This document shows positions 41,092 through 54,035 of a stretch of 64,000 bases of DNA, piece after piece (the first letter of the stretch is position 1; every line of letters starts with the position of its first letter). The stretch is taken from the NCBI RefSeq assembly GCF_009914755.1, contig NC_060933.1, one strand, 5' to 3'. A model generated the notes under the pieces. It was not told the DNA's origin. It saw only the letters and a list, made by a program, of their open reading frames with translations, and searched no databases. Both the position numbers and the translations under genes were made by a program. This stretch comes from the human T2T-CHM13v2.0 reference genome, Homo sapiens.

Positions 41092-41454
41092 TGTCTTAGT
41101 CTTTTTGGCCTGCTATAATACAATATTATAAACTGGGTAGTTCATAAACACCAGGAATTTATTTCTTACAGTTGAGAGGTCCAAGATCAAGATATCTACA
41201 GACTCAGTGTCTGGCAAGGGCTTGCTTCCTCATAGATTGTGCCATCTCGCTGTATCCTCATGTGGTAGAAGGGGCAAACAACCTCCCTCGGAGTCTCTTT
41301 TTTTTTAATAAGGGCGCTAATCCCATTTATGAGGGCTCCCTACTCACGACCTAATCAGCTCCCAAAGGTTCTACCTCCTAATACTATCACTCTGGAGGTG
41401 AGGATTTCAAGATATGCATTTGAGGGGGCGAACACAAACATTTGGACGATAGTA
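41092..41454 (-). mobile_element. MLT1A-type LTR
   Basis: tgtcttagtc...ctgctataa...gtccaagatcaag...gggcgctaatcccatttatgagggctcc...acaaacatt. Confidence 0.85.
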
Positions 41455-41974
41455 GTCTCCTTAGCATAAATTCTGCATTTCAAAGTGCATTAAAAGTGCC
41501 TTACTAGTATCAGTGTAAATATACCAGATAGAACATAAAGGTAAATAATAGTAAATAGCCATCAAATACAAATGATCCATCGCTACTTGAAAAATTAGAA
41601 ATAGAGAGAAAATAAAATACAGATTTTTTTTTAAAAAAAAGGCATATTTCGGCACTATGCAAACAAGAACGTAAAGTCACTTCAGACTGACTAGAAGTCT
41701 AGATTGTCAAACAGTGTGAACTGATAAAGTCATGCACTTTACCAATTTCAGATATACCTTCAAGGGATCATCAGCTGAACAAAGATAAGCCACAAAGAGA
41801 AAGTGAAGGTACTAGAAAGACTGAAAAGAGTAAATGTTATCAGTATTATTTTCTGAATATCCATTTTTCATTTTCTTAGAAAGCTTCATCTTGTAAACAT
41901 TTCCATAATAAATAGATTGATATCTTTATCATCTTCTCTTTCATTTTACCATGAGAATTTCTGAAATATATTAA

Positions 41975-42150
41975 TTTAATCAATAAATATTTATTGAACA
42001 CCTACTCTATGCCAGACACTATTGTAAGCACTGGGGATAAAGTAGTGAAAAAGAAGACATAGCCTCCTCTTCATGGAGTTTAAAACTAGTTAAGGATAAA
42101 AGCAGTAAGGAAACATATTGCAATATCAGGTGGCATTAAGTGCTATGCTA
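41975..42150 (-). mobile_element. L2 3' end fragment
   Basis: caataaatatttattgaacacctactctatgccagacact motif. Confidence 0.75.
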
Positions 42151-44404
42151 TCTTAAGAAAAATAAAAAGATAAGATGAAACAAAATTAAAGATTCATGGT
42201 TTATTTAAGAGAGCATAATCAAAGTCTAGCAGAGTGAGATGTTCTTAAATAAGTACAAATTTGTTTCTCAGCACTTGAGTGTATGAACTCTGTTTCTTTG
42301 TGTTCCAAAGGTGAGTTCAATTTGGTTTTGATGGCTTCCTTATCTCTCCCCTCTTCTGAATATTTAGTGAGAAATTTAACATTAGTTATTTTGCAGAAGG
42401 GCCTTTCCTTTCCTTAGAGTCATGCAAGACTCCATACTTACCAACTTTGGAAAGCTTAAAGAAATACAACGAATTTATACACCATGGACCACACAAAGAT
42501 ATTCATTGTCCAAGGTTACATTGGTTATTCAAAGGCATACAGTACTGGTTCTCTGGCCATAGTCCCAGCTTTCTCATTGCTTTAATTCCCAAGGTGCTAC
42601 ACTTACATTTCAGTTCCCAGAAACCCAAGTGCTCCCTTAATTGTTCCTACCATTCCTAGGTCAGTGTGGAAGAGGGAAATATAAACCTTAAAGCAGCCAA
42701 TTTATAAGAGTTAGGGAACCCACATATTCCTAAGGGTCACCTCTCTCCTTTTCTCAAAACCTAGAACTCAACCAGCCTCAGACAATCCACCTGTACCTCC
42801 CCTGAGCCTCTCACGTATTCCATGACAGTAAGGGAAATTAGAGTCCCTGGGGAAAGAGGCAAACAATACCTATCTTTCTTTTCTGAAAAGTCCATAGGAA
42901 AGTACTATAGCAAAGTTTTTATTATCTGACACAGAACATAGGATAAAAAGGTATTAAATCAGCTTCCTCCATTTTTAATAGAGTTACATTGTCAGATTTG
43001 AGGATTTTACTATTAAACATTGCCATGTATGTGCATCCAAACAGAGTAAACTGGAAAAAATGGGATGTGGTACAAGACTTGCATATTCAGTATAAAGGAA
43101 AGCTAATTTGGGTTGGTTTGGCCTGTTGTAAGAGATCTAGAAATCTCTGCTGTTTATTGAGGTAAATATTTGACAATGGGGAATGAAATGAAGTATCAAA
43201 GAGTCTCAATATTCTGAGTGAGTAAGGCAAAGCAGGGAAAACCCAGACAGCCAAATATATGTTCTCTAGGTATGGTAAAAAATAAAAATAAATAATAAAT
43301 AATAAAAAAAATTGACAAGAAGCACAGGCTTGGGATCAGGGGTAAGACTACTAATTTTAGGAAAGGAAATCAATGAGAATAATATATGAATTTCAAAGCA
43401 GATTTTTGGCAAAAAAAGTTTTTTAAAAATGCAAAAATCAAATGAACATGGGTTGCTTTTCATTTTTCATGAAGTACAAAATAGAATATAGTAACGGCTT
43501 CAACATTTCTGACATGGGGGGTACAGGAAAATAACCCTATGTCTCATGGCATGGGTTAAGGGTACCTTATAGTGAAGAAGCCCATAAACCCCAGGTTATC
43601 AAGGGTAGTCTACTGTTCTTTCATCTTATCAAGGCACAGAGAGACCAGATGAAAACCAGGTGAAGCTGGAAGAGGTATCATGTTGTACTGCTCCAGGGAA
43701 GGGCCCTGTCTGCTGTTACAGAGCTTCTTATAGTACAAGTCTGTGAATAGTCTTGAAAGCGAGGTATAAAAGGAAGGGACCTAGGCACCAGAGAGTCTAA
43801 ATATAAATAGCAGTGCACATAGTTGCCTGGGAAATTGTATTTGAGCTATTAAAGCATTACTCCCCAACCATTTTATTTTCATTGTTGTCCCTTTAGGAAG
43901 TTTTATTGACATTTTCTTCCTGATAACACAACTGATGAAATTGTAATACCCCCAAATAGACTGCATTTGTTAACATACTGCATGCATATATGTGCTTTAT
44001 ACTTAAAAAGAGTAAGATTTTTTTGAACAACCTCATTGCAAGAAACACATTTTACTCCCTTGAGAATGGTATCAACCAAGTTAAGAATGCACACGTTAGA
44101 GAAAGAAAGGGAGTCTCTCCCATCTGAAAGTGAGCTTGGGTGCAATCCCTTCCATCAGGAAAAGTGTTTCTCCTGGTGATTCACCTGTCACAAGGCAACT
44201 GAGCTTCTGTGGTCATCCATACAACAATACTGCTTTTCTTTCTGTATTAAATCAAATAAATTAATGAAAAAAATCCAGACTTAAGACTGTAGAAATAAAA
44301 CTCAAATAGTTGATTCTGAGTTATTACAAGAGTTTGAACTCTTATTGCCTGTCCAGTTGTGGTCATAAAATACTTTAGCAACAACTTTTAAAATTTTAAC
44401 ATTG

Positions 44405-44900
44405 CAGTTCATAATTCACACCTACTCTGTGACACAAAAATTCCATTTTTAGGTTTCTCAAGAGACTCATTTTCTAAACAAGAATGTTTAAAGCAATTAT
44501 AATAATAATAGCTTCAAACTAGAAATAGCCCAAATGTCCACCAATAGCAGAATTATTCGATATATTAAGGTGTATTCATGGAATAGAAAACTACCCATCC
44601 ATTAACAAAAAAAAAAAAATGAACTACTGATAAATGTAAACACATGGATAAATTTGAAAACATTATGTTGAACAAAATAATTTAGGTATAAAAGATACAT
44701 GATATATGATACTTGTATAAAGTATTTACAATGTATGATGTATGGTTCCAATTATATGAAGTTCAAGTCCATGAAACACTAACCAATGTGATACCCTTAT
44801 TAGGTGATAAAAATATTCCATATCTTGATGTGAATATTTGTGCTGTCCACCTAAGATTTGTGCATTTGACTGCATAAAACTTGTGCCTCAAACCACATAG
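44405..44900 (+). mobile_element. L1ME-type 3' end fragment
   Basis: aaactagaaatagcccaaatgtccaccaatagcagaat...aacacatggataaatttgaaaacattatgttgaac. Confidence 0.7.
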
Positions 44901-44909
44901 TCATTTTAA

Positions 44910-45888
44910 CTGACACACAAAAAAGTATTTGACAAAATTCAGCAATCTTTCTTAATAAAAACTCTTAACAGCTAAGAATAGAAGGAAAGTTCTTCAACAT
45001 AATAAAGCCCATTTATGAAAAACCCACATCACAATCCATGGGGAACAACTGAAAGCGTTTCCACTAAGATCTGGTATAAGGCAGATACGTCTGCTCCCAC
45101 CACTTGTATTCAACATAGCACTGGCAAGAGCAAATCATTCCAGAAAAAAAAATAAAAGCATCCAAATAAGAAAGAAATAATTGAAATTATCTTTATTTGC
45201 AGATGACATGATCCCATATGCAGAAAACCCCAAATATTTCACATACCAGAAAATCTGTAAGAAATAATAAATGAATTCAGTAAAGTTGCAGGATACAAAA
45301 TCAACATACAAAAATCAGTTGCATTTTCACATATTTACACACAAATACTGACCTAGTTGAAAAAGAAATCAAGAAATCAATTTCATTTATAACAGTATCA
45401 AAAAATAAATACCTACAGATAAATTTAACCAACAAAGAGAAAGATTCGTACACTGAAATCTATAAAACATTAATAATAAAAGGAATTAAAGAAGACACAA
45501 ATAAATGAAAAGATATCCCAAGTACATGGATAGGAAGAATACTGTTAAAATATTCATAATGCTCAAAGCAATATACAGATTTAGTGCAATTCCTATCAAA
45601 ATTCCAATAGCATTCTTCATCAAAATATAAAAAGAATCCTAAAATTTGTATGAAAACACACACACACACAGACACACACACACATACATATAGCCAAAGC
45701 AGTACAGAGAAAGAAAAACCAAGCTGGAGTCATTATATTTCTTGATTTAAAATTATATTAGAAAGCTACAGTAATCAAAACAGTATGGTACTGGCATAAA
45801 AACAGAAACATAGACAATAGAACAGAATAGAGAGCCCAGAATAAATTCAAACATATACGGTCAATCAATTTTCACCCATGACACCACC
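44910..45888 (+). mobile_element. Old L1 ORF2 (RT region) fragment
   Basis: tttgcagatgacatgatc (FADDMI), gcaggatacaaaatcaac, acagtatggtactggcataaaaacaga; contains (CA)n at ~45655-45690. Confidence 0.9.
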
Positions 45889-46635
45889 AGATATGTAATT
45901 TGCAAATATTTCTTTTCCAACCTGTACACTGCCTTTTCATTTTGTTGATTGTTTCCATTAGTCCATTCTCACATTGCTATAAAGAACTACCTGCAACTCG
46001 GTAATTTATAAAGAAAAGAGGTTGAATTGACTCACAGTTCCACAGGCTGCACAGGAAGCACGGCTGAGGGGACCACGGGAAACTTACAATCATGGCAGAA
46101 GGTGACGGGGAAACAGGCACATCTTACATGGCCAAAAAAGGAGGAAAAGAGAAAAGGAGGAAAAGAGAAAATCTGGAAGTGCTACACACCTTTAAACAAG
46201 CAAATCCTGTGAGAACTCACTCACTATCACAAGAACAGCAAAGGAGAAGTCCACCCCCATGATCCTATCACTTTCCACCAGATCCCTCCTCCAACACTGG
46301 GCATTACAATTCAACATGAGATTTGGGCAGGACACAAATCCAAACCATATTACTATCCATAAACTTTTTGGTTTGGTGTAGTCCCATTTACTTATTTTTG
46401 CTTTTGTAATCTGAGCTTTTAGTGTGATATTCAAGGAATCATTGCAAGGCCAATGTCAAGTTTTTCTTCTATGTGGTTTTCTAGAAATTTCATGATCTTT
46501 CATTTAGGTCTTACATTTCATGGTCTTATGTTTGGGTCTTTTATACATTTAGCATTGACTTTTCTGCATCATGTGTAAGATAAGGGTCCAGGGTCCTTCT
46601 TTTGCATGTAGAAATCTAGTTTTTTCAGTTTCCCC
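45889..46635 (-). mobile_element. L1 ORF2 continuation in inverted orientation, interrupted by an MST LTR
   Basis: tttgcaaatattt, LKAQITKAKISKWDY peptide on the minus strand. Confidence 0.75.
45957..46352 (-). mobile_element. MSTA/B solo LTR
   Basis: attagtccattctcacattgctataaagaac...ccacaggctgcacaggaagca...ggacacaaatccaaaccata. Confidence 0.92.
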
Positions 46636-47316
46636 ACTTAATATAACAATCATTTCTTTACCTTCTTTTAAATGGGTTCATTCAATTTTAATGAATATTT
46701 TCATGTCTACAGTGAAGAACCTTTGTAGTCATTGCTGCAGATTTACCTGGACAAAATGCACCCTACCTATTAATTCTATCTAGATGTACTAAAGAGTACC
46801 TTCTAAATCACTTCTCACTGAAAGTCACTGGCCTGAGAACTGGAGTAAAACTGAAGGCAGGAAGGTATATATTAATGAGCTGGGACACTGAAGTTTGTGG
46901 GACTGATTGGTAATTCAAGAAAGCCTTAGTAGCCTCTGTACCTAATTTGATAAGACATTAATAACAAAATTAGATCTAGATTTGAATGTGCTGTCTTAGC
47001 ATATTACAAGTGAAATAAAAGGCGACAGAGAAAAAGAAGCACATTACTATAGTTTCCATTGCTTTAAAATAGGAAGCCATTTGAAACAGAAATGCATACA
47101 TGTGATCATTTTATAATGAATACATTTAATGTGTACATGTTGCTTAACATTTTCATTCTGATTTTTATTCTTTTCTTAGGTAATGTAAAATGAAAACTGA
47201 TTATTTTCCTTGGTAACAAACAGGCTTTCCCAAATTTGATCTAGTGAGCAAAGCTGATATTTTCATGAAAAGAAACTCCACCTGTCAAGGCTTTGGGAAA
47301 CCTATATGTACACCAG

Positions 47317-47319
<3 letters not shown>

Positions 47320-47352
<33 letters not shown>

Positions 47353-47359
47353 GTGTGTG
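47320..47359. repeat. (GT)n microsatellite
   Basis: Direct reading. Confidence 0.92.
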
Positions 47360-47674
47360 GTATATGTTTAATAACCAGTTTTGAAGCCTTCCTAATGGAT
47401 TGCTCAATATTTAGCTGGCCAAATTTGTGTGAAAATATAATATAGTGGGTAATAAAAGAATACACAGATACAAGAGATTTTTGTTGAATATTTTCTCATA
47501 GCAAGTAATGATGAAAGCTTTATTATGTAAGGAAATGGTTCTCTGTTCTTTCCATTACTACTTAGGAACCTTGACAGTAAATCCCTTAAAGATGGGGCCA
47601 TCAGTGTTCCAGGTAGTGTTTAAAGTAATGGTATATTAGTGAGCAAAATATGAGTAGTTAAATGCACCATGAGC

Positions 47675-47860
47675 TTTGGGACCAGATAGATAAGCTTTTG
47701 TATCTTGACCCTGCTGCTCTCCAGTTGTGGGACCTTAGGCAAGTTATATCAGCCTCATTTTCCTCTTCTATAAAATTAAGACAAGAAATAATCTTCCTCA
47801 TCGTACAAGTAATCCTAAAGGATAAATACAACATAACAAAAACACCTACCACATATTTAT
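47675..47860 (+). mobile_element. MIR fragment
   Basis: gtgggaccttaggcaagtta...gcctcattttcctcttctataaaat core. Confidence 0.7.
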
Positions 47861-47884
47861 ACCTAGAACACAGCCATTTTCTAC

Positions 47885-48374
47885 CTTAGATGCTTGAGGC
47901 TGCCTTAAAATATTACCACAAACGTGATGGCTTAAAACAATGGAAATATTTTCTCACAATTCTGGAGGCCAAAAGTTCACCATGAATTTCACTGGCCTGG
48001 AATCAAGGTGTTGGCAGGGCCATGTTACCTTCAGAGACTCTAAGGAAGAATCAGTTTCTTGCCTCTTCTAGCTCCTTGTGGCTGCCGGCATTCTTTGGCT
48101 TGAGTCCACATCACTCCAATCTCTCCACGTTTACAAAGCTTTATTCTCTTCTGTGTATGTCTCCTCCTTTCTGTTTCTCTCCTGTACAGTCATTTGTGAT
48201 GGTATTTAGTGTCCACTCAGATAATGCAGGACAATCTTCTTCTCATCTCAAGATTCTTAGCTTGATTACATCTGAAAAGACCCTTTTTTCTAAATAAGGT
48301 AACATTTACAGGCTCCAGGGATTACACTACAGGCACATTTTTGGTAGGGTGGGAGCATTTTATAGCCTACCACA
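47885..48374 (-). mobile_element. MLT1C-like LTR
   Basis: attaccacaaac..tggcttaaaacaa...ttctggaggccaaaag...ggcagggccatg; ends cctaccaca. Confidence 0.82.
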
Positions 48375-48415
48375 GTGTTCAATGAATGTTAGCAGACTTT
48401 CTCTGTCATATACAT

Positions 48416-48940
48416 CAGTGGTCCCCAACCTTTTTGGTACCATGGACCAGTTCTGTGGAAGACAATTTTTCCATAGACCAGGGATTTGGGGGCTGGTTTC
48501 AGAATAATTCAATTTTATTACATTTATTGTGCACTTTATTTCTATTATTACTACATTATAATATATAATAAAATAATTATACAACTCACCATAATGTAGA
48601 ATCAGTAGGAGCCCTGAGCTTGTTTTCCTGCAATGAGACAGTCCCATCTGGGGGTGATGGGAGACAGTGACAGATCATCAGGCATTAAATTCTCATAAGG
48701 AGCAACCTAGATCCCTTTCATGTGCGCTTCACAATAGGGTTCGTGCTCCTGTGAGAATCTAATGCCATCACTGATCTGGCAGGAGGCAGAGCTCAGGCAA
48801 TAATGTGAAAAAATGATGGGCAGCAGCTGTAAATACAGATGAAGTTTCCCTCCCCCGCCACTCACCTCCTGCTGTGTGGCCTGGTTCCTAACAAGCCACG
48901 GACCACTACTAGTCCATGGCCTGGGTGTTGGAGACCTCTG
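48416..48940. mobile_element. MER1A hAT-Charlie non-autonomous transposon
   Basis: TIRs cagtggtccccaac / gttggagacctctg; 525 bp; TA-rich imperfect 8-bp TSD. Confidence 0.92.
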
Positions 48941-50595
48941 TTATATATCATCTCTTAGAATATTGATTATGCCACTCATGTTTACCATGTAGACATGAGG
49001 AACAATAATTTTATCCTGTTCACTTCCTGAATCCATATTTGTAGGAATGGCCTACCAGCAGTGGGTGCAGAAAACATACTGTTTGTCACCATAGCTAGAG
49101 ATAATCAAAAGTCAAGGAAAATCTTAGAATTTTTTTCCAGGTATAAAAAGCATTCCACTAAGAAATATTAATATTACTTTATCAAGAAGTAAGCACTCAA
49201 CTAAATGAAGCTTAAAGACCAGTATTTCTCACGTAATATATGTATATTTTCCATGATACTTATATTTGTACAAAAATATGGAACATTCACACATTCAGTT
49301 ATTTGAATTTTGTGTCAGTAGAAAACAAAGCCAAAAAAACGTTGAGAGTTTCAAAGTAGGACACATATATAAAACAATACGTGGTGAAAGTACCTAACTT
49401 GGCAGATGGCTGAGAGTGAAATTACAAAGTGGTGCAGTGAGACATTTGATTAAAAAAAGCAATGATAAGCTGTCATCTAATGCATTATTAATTGCTCTAA
49501 AAACTCCTTCTTACCAAAATATCATAAAAGACAAAATATTTTGCACATAAATATATGTTAAAGCTGTTTCATAATCACTCGCGAAGAGGATGGTTTTTTT
49601 CCAATGCAGTAGGTTAGAAATCTTAAATATTAGACTTTCATAATCTTTCTACATAATTATTTGTAAACTATTACACAAAAGCAATTCTTCCGAAGGTGTT
49701 TGAATAATGCTTACATAATGAAAATAAAAAATAAAGCAACAAGGATTCTAAACCTAACTTCTCCATCACCCAAATGGAAAACATTTGTAATGGAAAGTAG
49801 AACGGGGATTACCTTCCATCTTTTCATAATGCAGCATTTTTTCAATCAACAAATTAGCATTCGAATAATACGCTATCAGTTCTTCTCGCAGGTAATTCCG
49901 AAGCTGAAGAGTTCTTTTACTGTTCAAACCTTTAACTACATAAAAACTACTTTAACTTCAGTATATGAGCCACGAACATTTCAAAAACATATTATATGGC
50001 ACCATGAAAGTCACACGTAGATATCTCTTACTGGCAGCATTTAGTGCTCTTGGTCTCAAATGTGCTTCAGATTCACATACCACATTTGAGATTCCAAATG
50101 TTCACAGCCCACAGACCCTTTTGCACTGTGCTTTCCACCCTGATTCCTAGTATCAGCATTGTTACCTAGGTTTGTGCATTTGATGAATTATTTCTTTCAT
50201 ACCTTGACCTCTTTAGAGGAAATGCATGTATGCTTGCCTTGTAAAGTTTATTTGAAAGGCTGTTCCAAGGGATTACTAGCCTTGCTTATGTTAAATTTAA
50301 ATAACCTCCTGGTCCCGTCGCTTCCTCAGTATTTCAAGGTGCTGCAACAGACACGGAACCTTTATGTCAGACTGTCATCCTCTTCAACCTCTGCTTAATA
50401 TTTTGGTTTTGTTTTACTTTTTTTTATAACCTGGTTATTCCTTGAGTAAGGAGAAGAATCTTGATGGCCTTGGTGGCCCATTCTGTTCTCTCTTTGGGAA
50501 GCCTAGGGAGACCTTAGCTCAGCAGGTCTGAGAGAGTAGCATTGCCACTGGAAAGATAATGGGTGTAAGCTTTTGCAAAGTGTAAGCTTTTGAAT

Positions 50596-50870
50596 AGGAT
50601 TACCAGATAAAATACAGAATGCCAATTTAAATTTTTATTTAGGATAAACAATAAGTACTATTTTGGGGTATGTCTCAATATTGTATGGGGGCATATCTCA
50701 TATATTTCATAATGCAGCATTTTTTCAATCAACAAATTAGCATTTGTTGATTAAAAAAACATGAAAACATACTAACAAATAAATTTACTAGTGATCTGAA
50801 ATTCAAATTTACCTTTGTGCTCTGTTCTTCTACCCCTCTCCCCCGCTCAAAAAAAAAACTGGCATCCTTA
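50596..50870. mobile_element. MER3/MER33-like hAT MITE carrying a foreign insert
   Basis: taggattaccagataaaatacagaatgcc...tgatctgaaattcaaattt...ctggcatccta-like termini. Confidence 0.75.
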
Positions 50871-51860
50871 ACCTAGACACTCACTCTTTCCTCTCTTTTG
50901 CTGATTTAGATAAAAACTCAGCAGTGCCCACTTGAAAAAAAGATAAACTTAAGAAAGAACTTTGTGCTTCATCTGACAGGCATGGCCTTGAGACGGTTCC
51001 ATTGCTTTCGATTCTGTTTCCTTACATGCACACAATCACAGTTTGTATATCACTGAAATGCTTTAAAAATTAAGTTTATATTTTTCTGTTATAAAGATAA
51101 TTTATGCTCATTCTAGAGAAACGGAAAATTGAGAAATGTATAAAGTCAATCACCTTTAGTGCTTCTGCTCAATATGGTAATACTATTAATAGTTTACAGT
51201 TATTTATTTCATGATCTCATTCAATTCTCACAGCGAAAGCATATGATAGGTTTTATTACATAATCTACTTTTACTGATGAAGCTGGATCTCAGGAAGAAT
51301 TTGTTAAAGAGCATGAGGCTGGTAAAGACCAGAGCAAAGGTCTAAGCCATGGTCTCTCTAACTCTAGAGTCCTCTTCTCTGTGCTCCCTCTATCCTGTTA
51401 ACATGTTGCTACATTTCATGTCAGGCTTATTTTTAAGGGCTATTTTGCATAGTATCAATTATAATGAATATGAATGCTCCAAAACAGGATATTTTTTAAA
51501 ACATTTGTTTAAAAGGAGGTATAGTTTTGCACAGAATAAAATGCCTCAGATTCTGTCATGACACTTTACTTAATTCCCTAGGCAACCCTGACTTCTCCCC
51601 CTCAATATGGCTAACGTGAAAATTTTGCTTTCAACACATAATTCATAATCTGCTAGAAGACAATATTGTGATATAATCCCCCACGTGTCCACACACAGGG
51701 ATGAGCACAAAGCAAGATTCCTATTAGTCTAACAGCCTCTAATTAGGTGTCTATATTATTGGAGGCTTTTCACACACATTATCTGTACTCTTCACAACAA
51801 CCTTACAAGGTAAATATTATGATGAGGAAATTGAGACTCAGAGAGGTTAACTAGCACCCT

Positions 51861-52017
51861 CAGGATGCATAGTACTTTTGTGGGAATGAGAAAAAGGCTT
51901 CTCTGCTTCTAGGCAGAAGCAGCCCTGAGCATCCCTCGGCAAGATCACTGCTGAATCCTTACTGGCTGAGAGAATTTGGACAGCGCACAACCTGCACAAC
52001 CATAGATGGCAGCTCTG
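51861..52017. mobile_element. MER91-like hAT-Tip100 MITE within MIR remnants
   Basis: agaaaaaggc...ggcagaagcagccc...ggacagcgcacaacctgcacaacc...ggcagctctg. Confidence 0.65.
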
Positions 52018-53574
52018 TTCTATATGACACAGCCAGTAAATAGTAAATGAGGTTTAAAGTCAAATTGTCTGACACCCAAACACATATGTATCTACTCTAT
52101 TCTGTGCAATCTCTGAATCTCTGGTTCCTCACATTTCAGTATGAAACCTGATATGTTAGTTTGGAAACATCATTGGAGCTACTATATCACCTTTCTTCCT
52201 ACAAATCCTCACAAGTCCCCAACTCTTACTCCAGATTCAATGCCAACACCCATGGCTGCTACATCTCCTCTCATCTGCCCCTGAGTAACATCATGCTTCA
52301 TGCTTCAGGGGGAATAACATCTTGGCATCAGATATACTTATATTAAATAGTAATTAAACCCATTAGTCTTTGATTGAAAGTGTAGAGTTAACTTGTCTTA
52401 TTGGTGAGGAAGGCATATAAAGCTGGGCAATTTTAATTCTCGACATATACCTTCATATTTTAATTGTTCGTAGGGTTCTTTCAATTTAAGAGACTCCCAT
52501 TGGACCCATATTAAAATGAAAGGGACTTGTGCAAATGAAAACGTCACTATCTATAGAGTAGGCCATGGGTAGGCCCACTTAAGGAACTCTTGAGAGCGTT
52601 AAATTGTGCAGCAAGAAACCAATTGGCTAACTGTATGGCTGTGGTTATGGCAGTGACGAAGGCCCTTTTCAGACTCTCAGGTAAAGTAGTATAATAAGTA
52701 GCTCTCCCAGAATCTAACATGGAAGATTCTGTACTTCAGGTGAATATCTAAACTTTAGCCATGTCTTTATGGAGAACTAAAAATGTTGAAGCCACATCCA
52801 CCTCTGCCATTACTTATTTTTGCATTTGTATAAGAATCCTTTGCATAGCTTGTTTGCCAGTGAAGTAGTAAAGTTAATAGACTAGGCCAGATCCAATTAT
52901 TATTTTCACCAGTATTCAAACCTAATCCAACTTTTTTGTCTTGCCTGTCACACAATATTTCACCTTATTTGTGCATCAAGCTTACCCTATTTAAGTTTGC
53001 TTATTCTTATTAAGTTTACTGAAAATGATTCCAAACATATGTATGAAATAGATAATAAAATGCACATTTAAAAGCTAGCCTTTTAGAGTAAAGGGACTTT
53101 TTACAGAATCAAGGCCAATTTTTGAAATAAATGATCTGTGCCATTGCTAGGATATGTGGTACCCTGAGAAAATAATTTCTGTGAGGCTCTCATTTCTACA
53201 AACAACTCGATTAAAAAATGTAGTAGGAAACTCCTGGATGCCTATTAAACGTAGTAATTTACTGATGACGACGTAGAATAATGCTTAAAGAGGAGGTACT
53301 TATATGTTTATTCATTGTTCATTCAGTAGACATGAAGATTCTTCATAGTGCCCAAGTACCATCTCTTCCTCTTCCAGTTTATAAATTCTCTCTTACGTTC
53401 TGTATTGTGAAATATGCTATCACTGACTAATTTCACATCCCCCTTCTTGAGAAAAACACAACACTGTTATTATCCATAATATCATGGCTTTATAGAACAT
53501 GCTTGTATTAAAAAATATAAAACTTGTTGTCCTTACAGTTCTCGATACCATTTATTTAATGCTAATTACATAAT

Positions 53575-54035
53575 TTCTTTTTAAATTTTATTTATTTATT
53601 TTTAAAGTTTTATTTTAGGTTTGGGGGCATACGTGAAGGTTTGCTACCTAGGTAAACTTGTATCATGAAGGTTTGTTGTACAGATTATTTCATCACCCAA
53701 GTATTAAGCCCAGTACCCAATAGTTGTCTTTTCTGCTGCTCTCCCTCCTCCCACCCTCCACCCTCCACCCTCAAGTAGACCCCTGTGTCTGTTGTTTCCT
53801 TCTTTGTGTTCATAAATTCTTATCATTTAGCTCCCACTTATAAATGGGACCCTACAGTACCTGGTTTCTTGTTCTTGCATTCACTTGCTAAGTATAATGG
53901 CTTCCAGCTTCATCCATGTTCCTACAAAAGACACAATCTTGTTCTTTTTTATGACCGGATAGTATTCCATGGTGTATACATATCACATTTTCTTTATCCA
54001 GTCTGTCACTGGTGGGAATTTAAGTTGATTCCATG
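53575..54035 (-). mobile_element. 5'-truncated L1PA (about L1PA13-16) 3' end
   Basis: gtttgttgtacagattatttcatcaccca, catttagctcccacttataa, tagtattccatggtgtata; T-rich tail at left. Confidence 0.9.

Noticed and set aside
43760-43810. Two TATA-like boxes (TATAAAA, TATAAAT) as a promoter
   Set aside because: Common in AT-rich DNA, no CpG island or downstream exon support, and the context may be an old LTR
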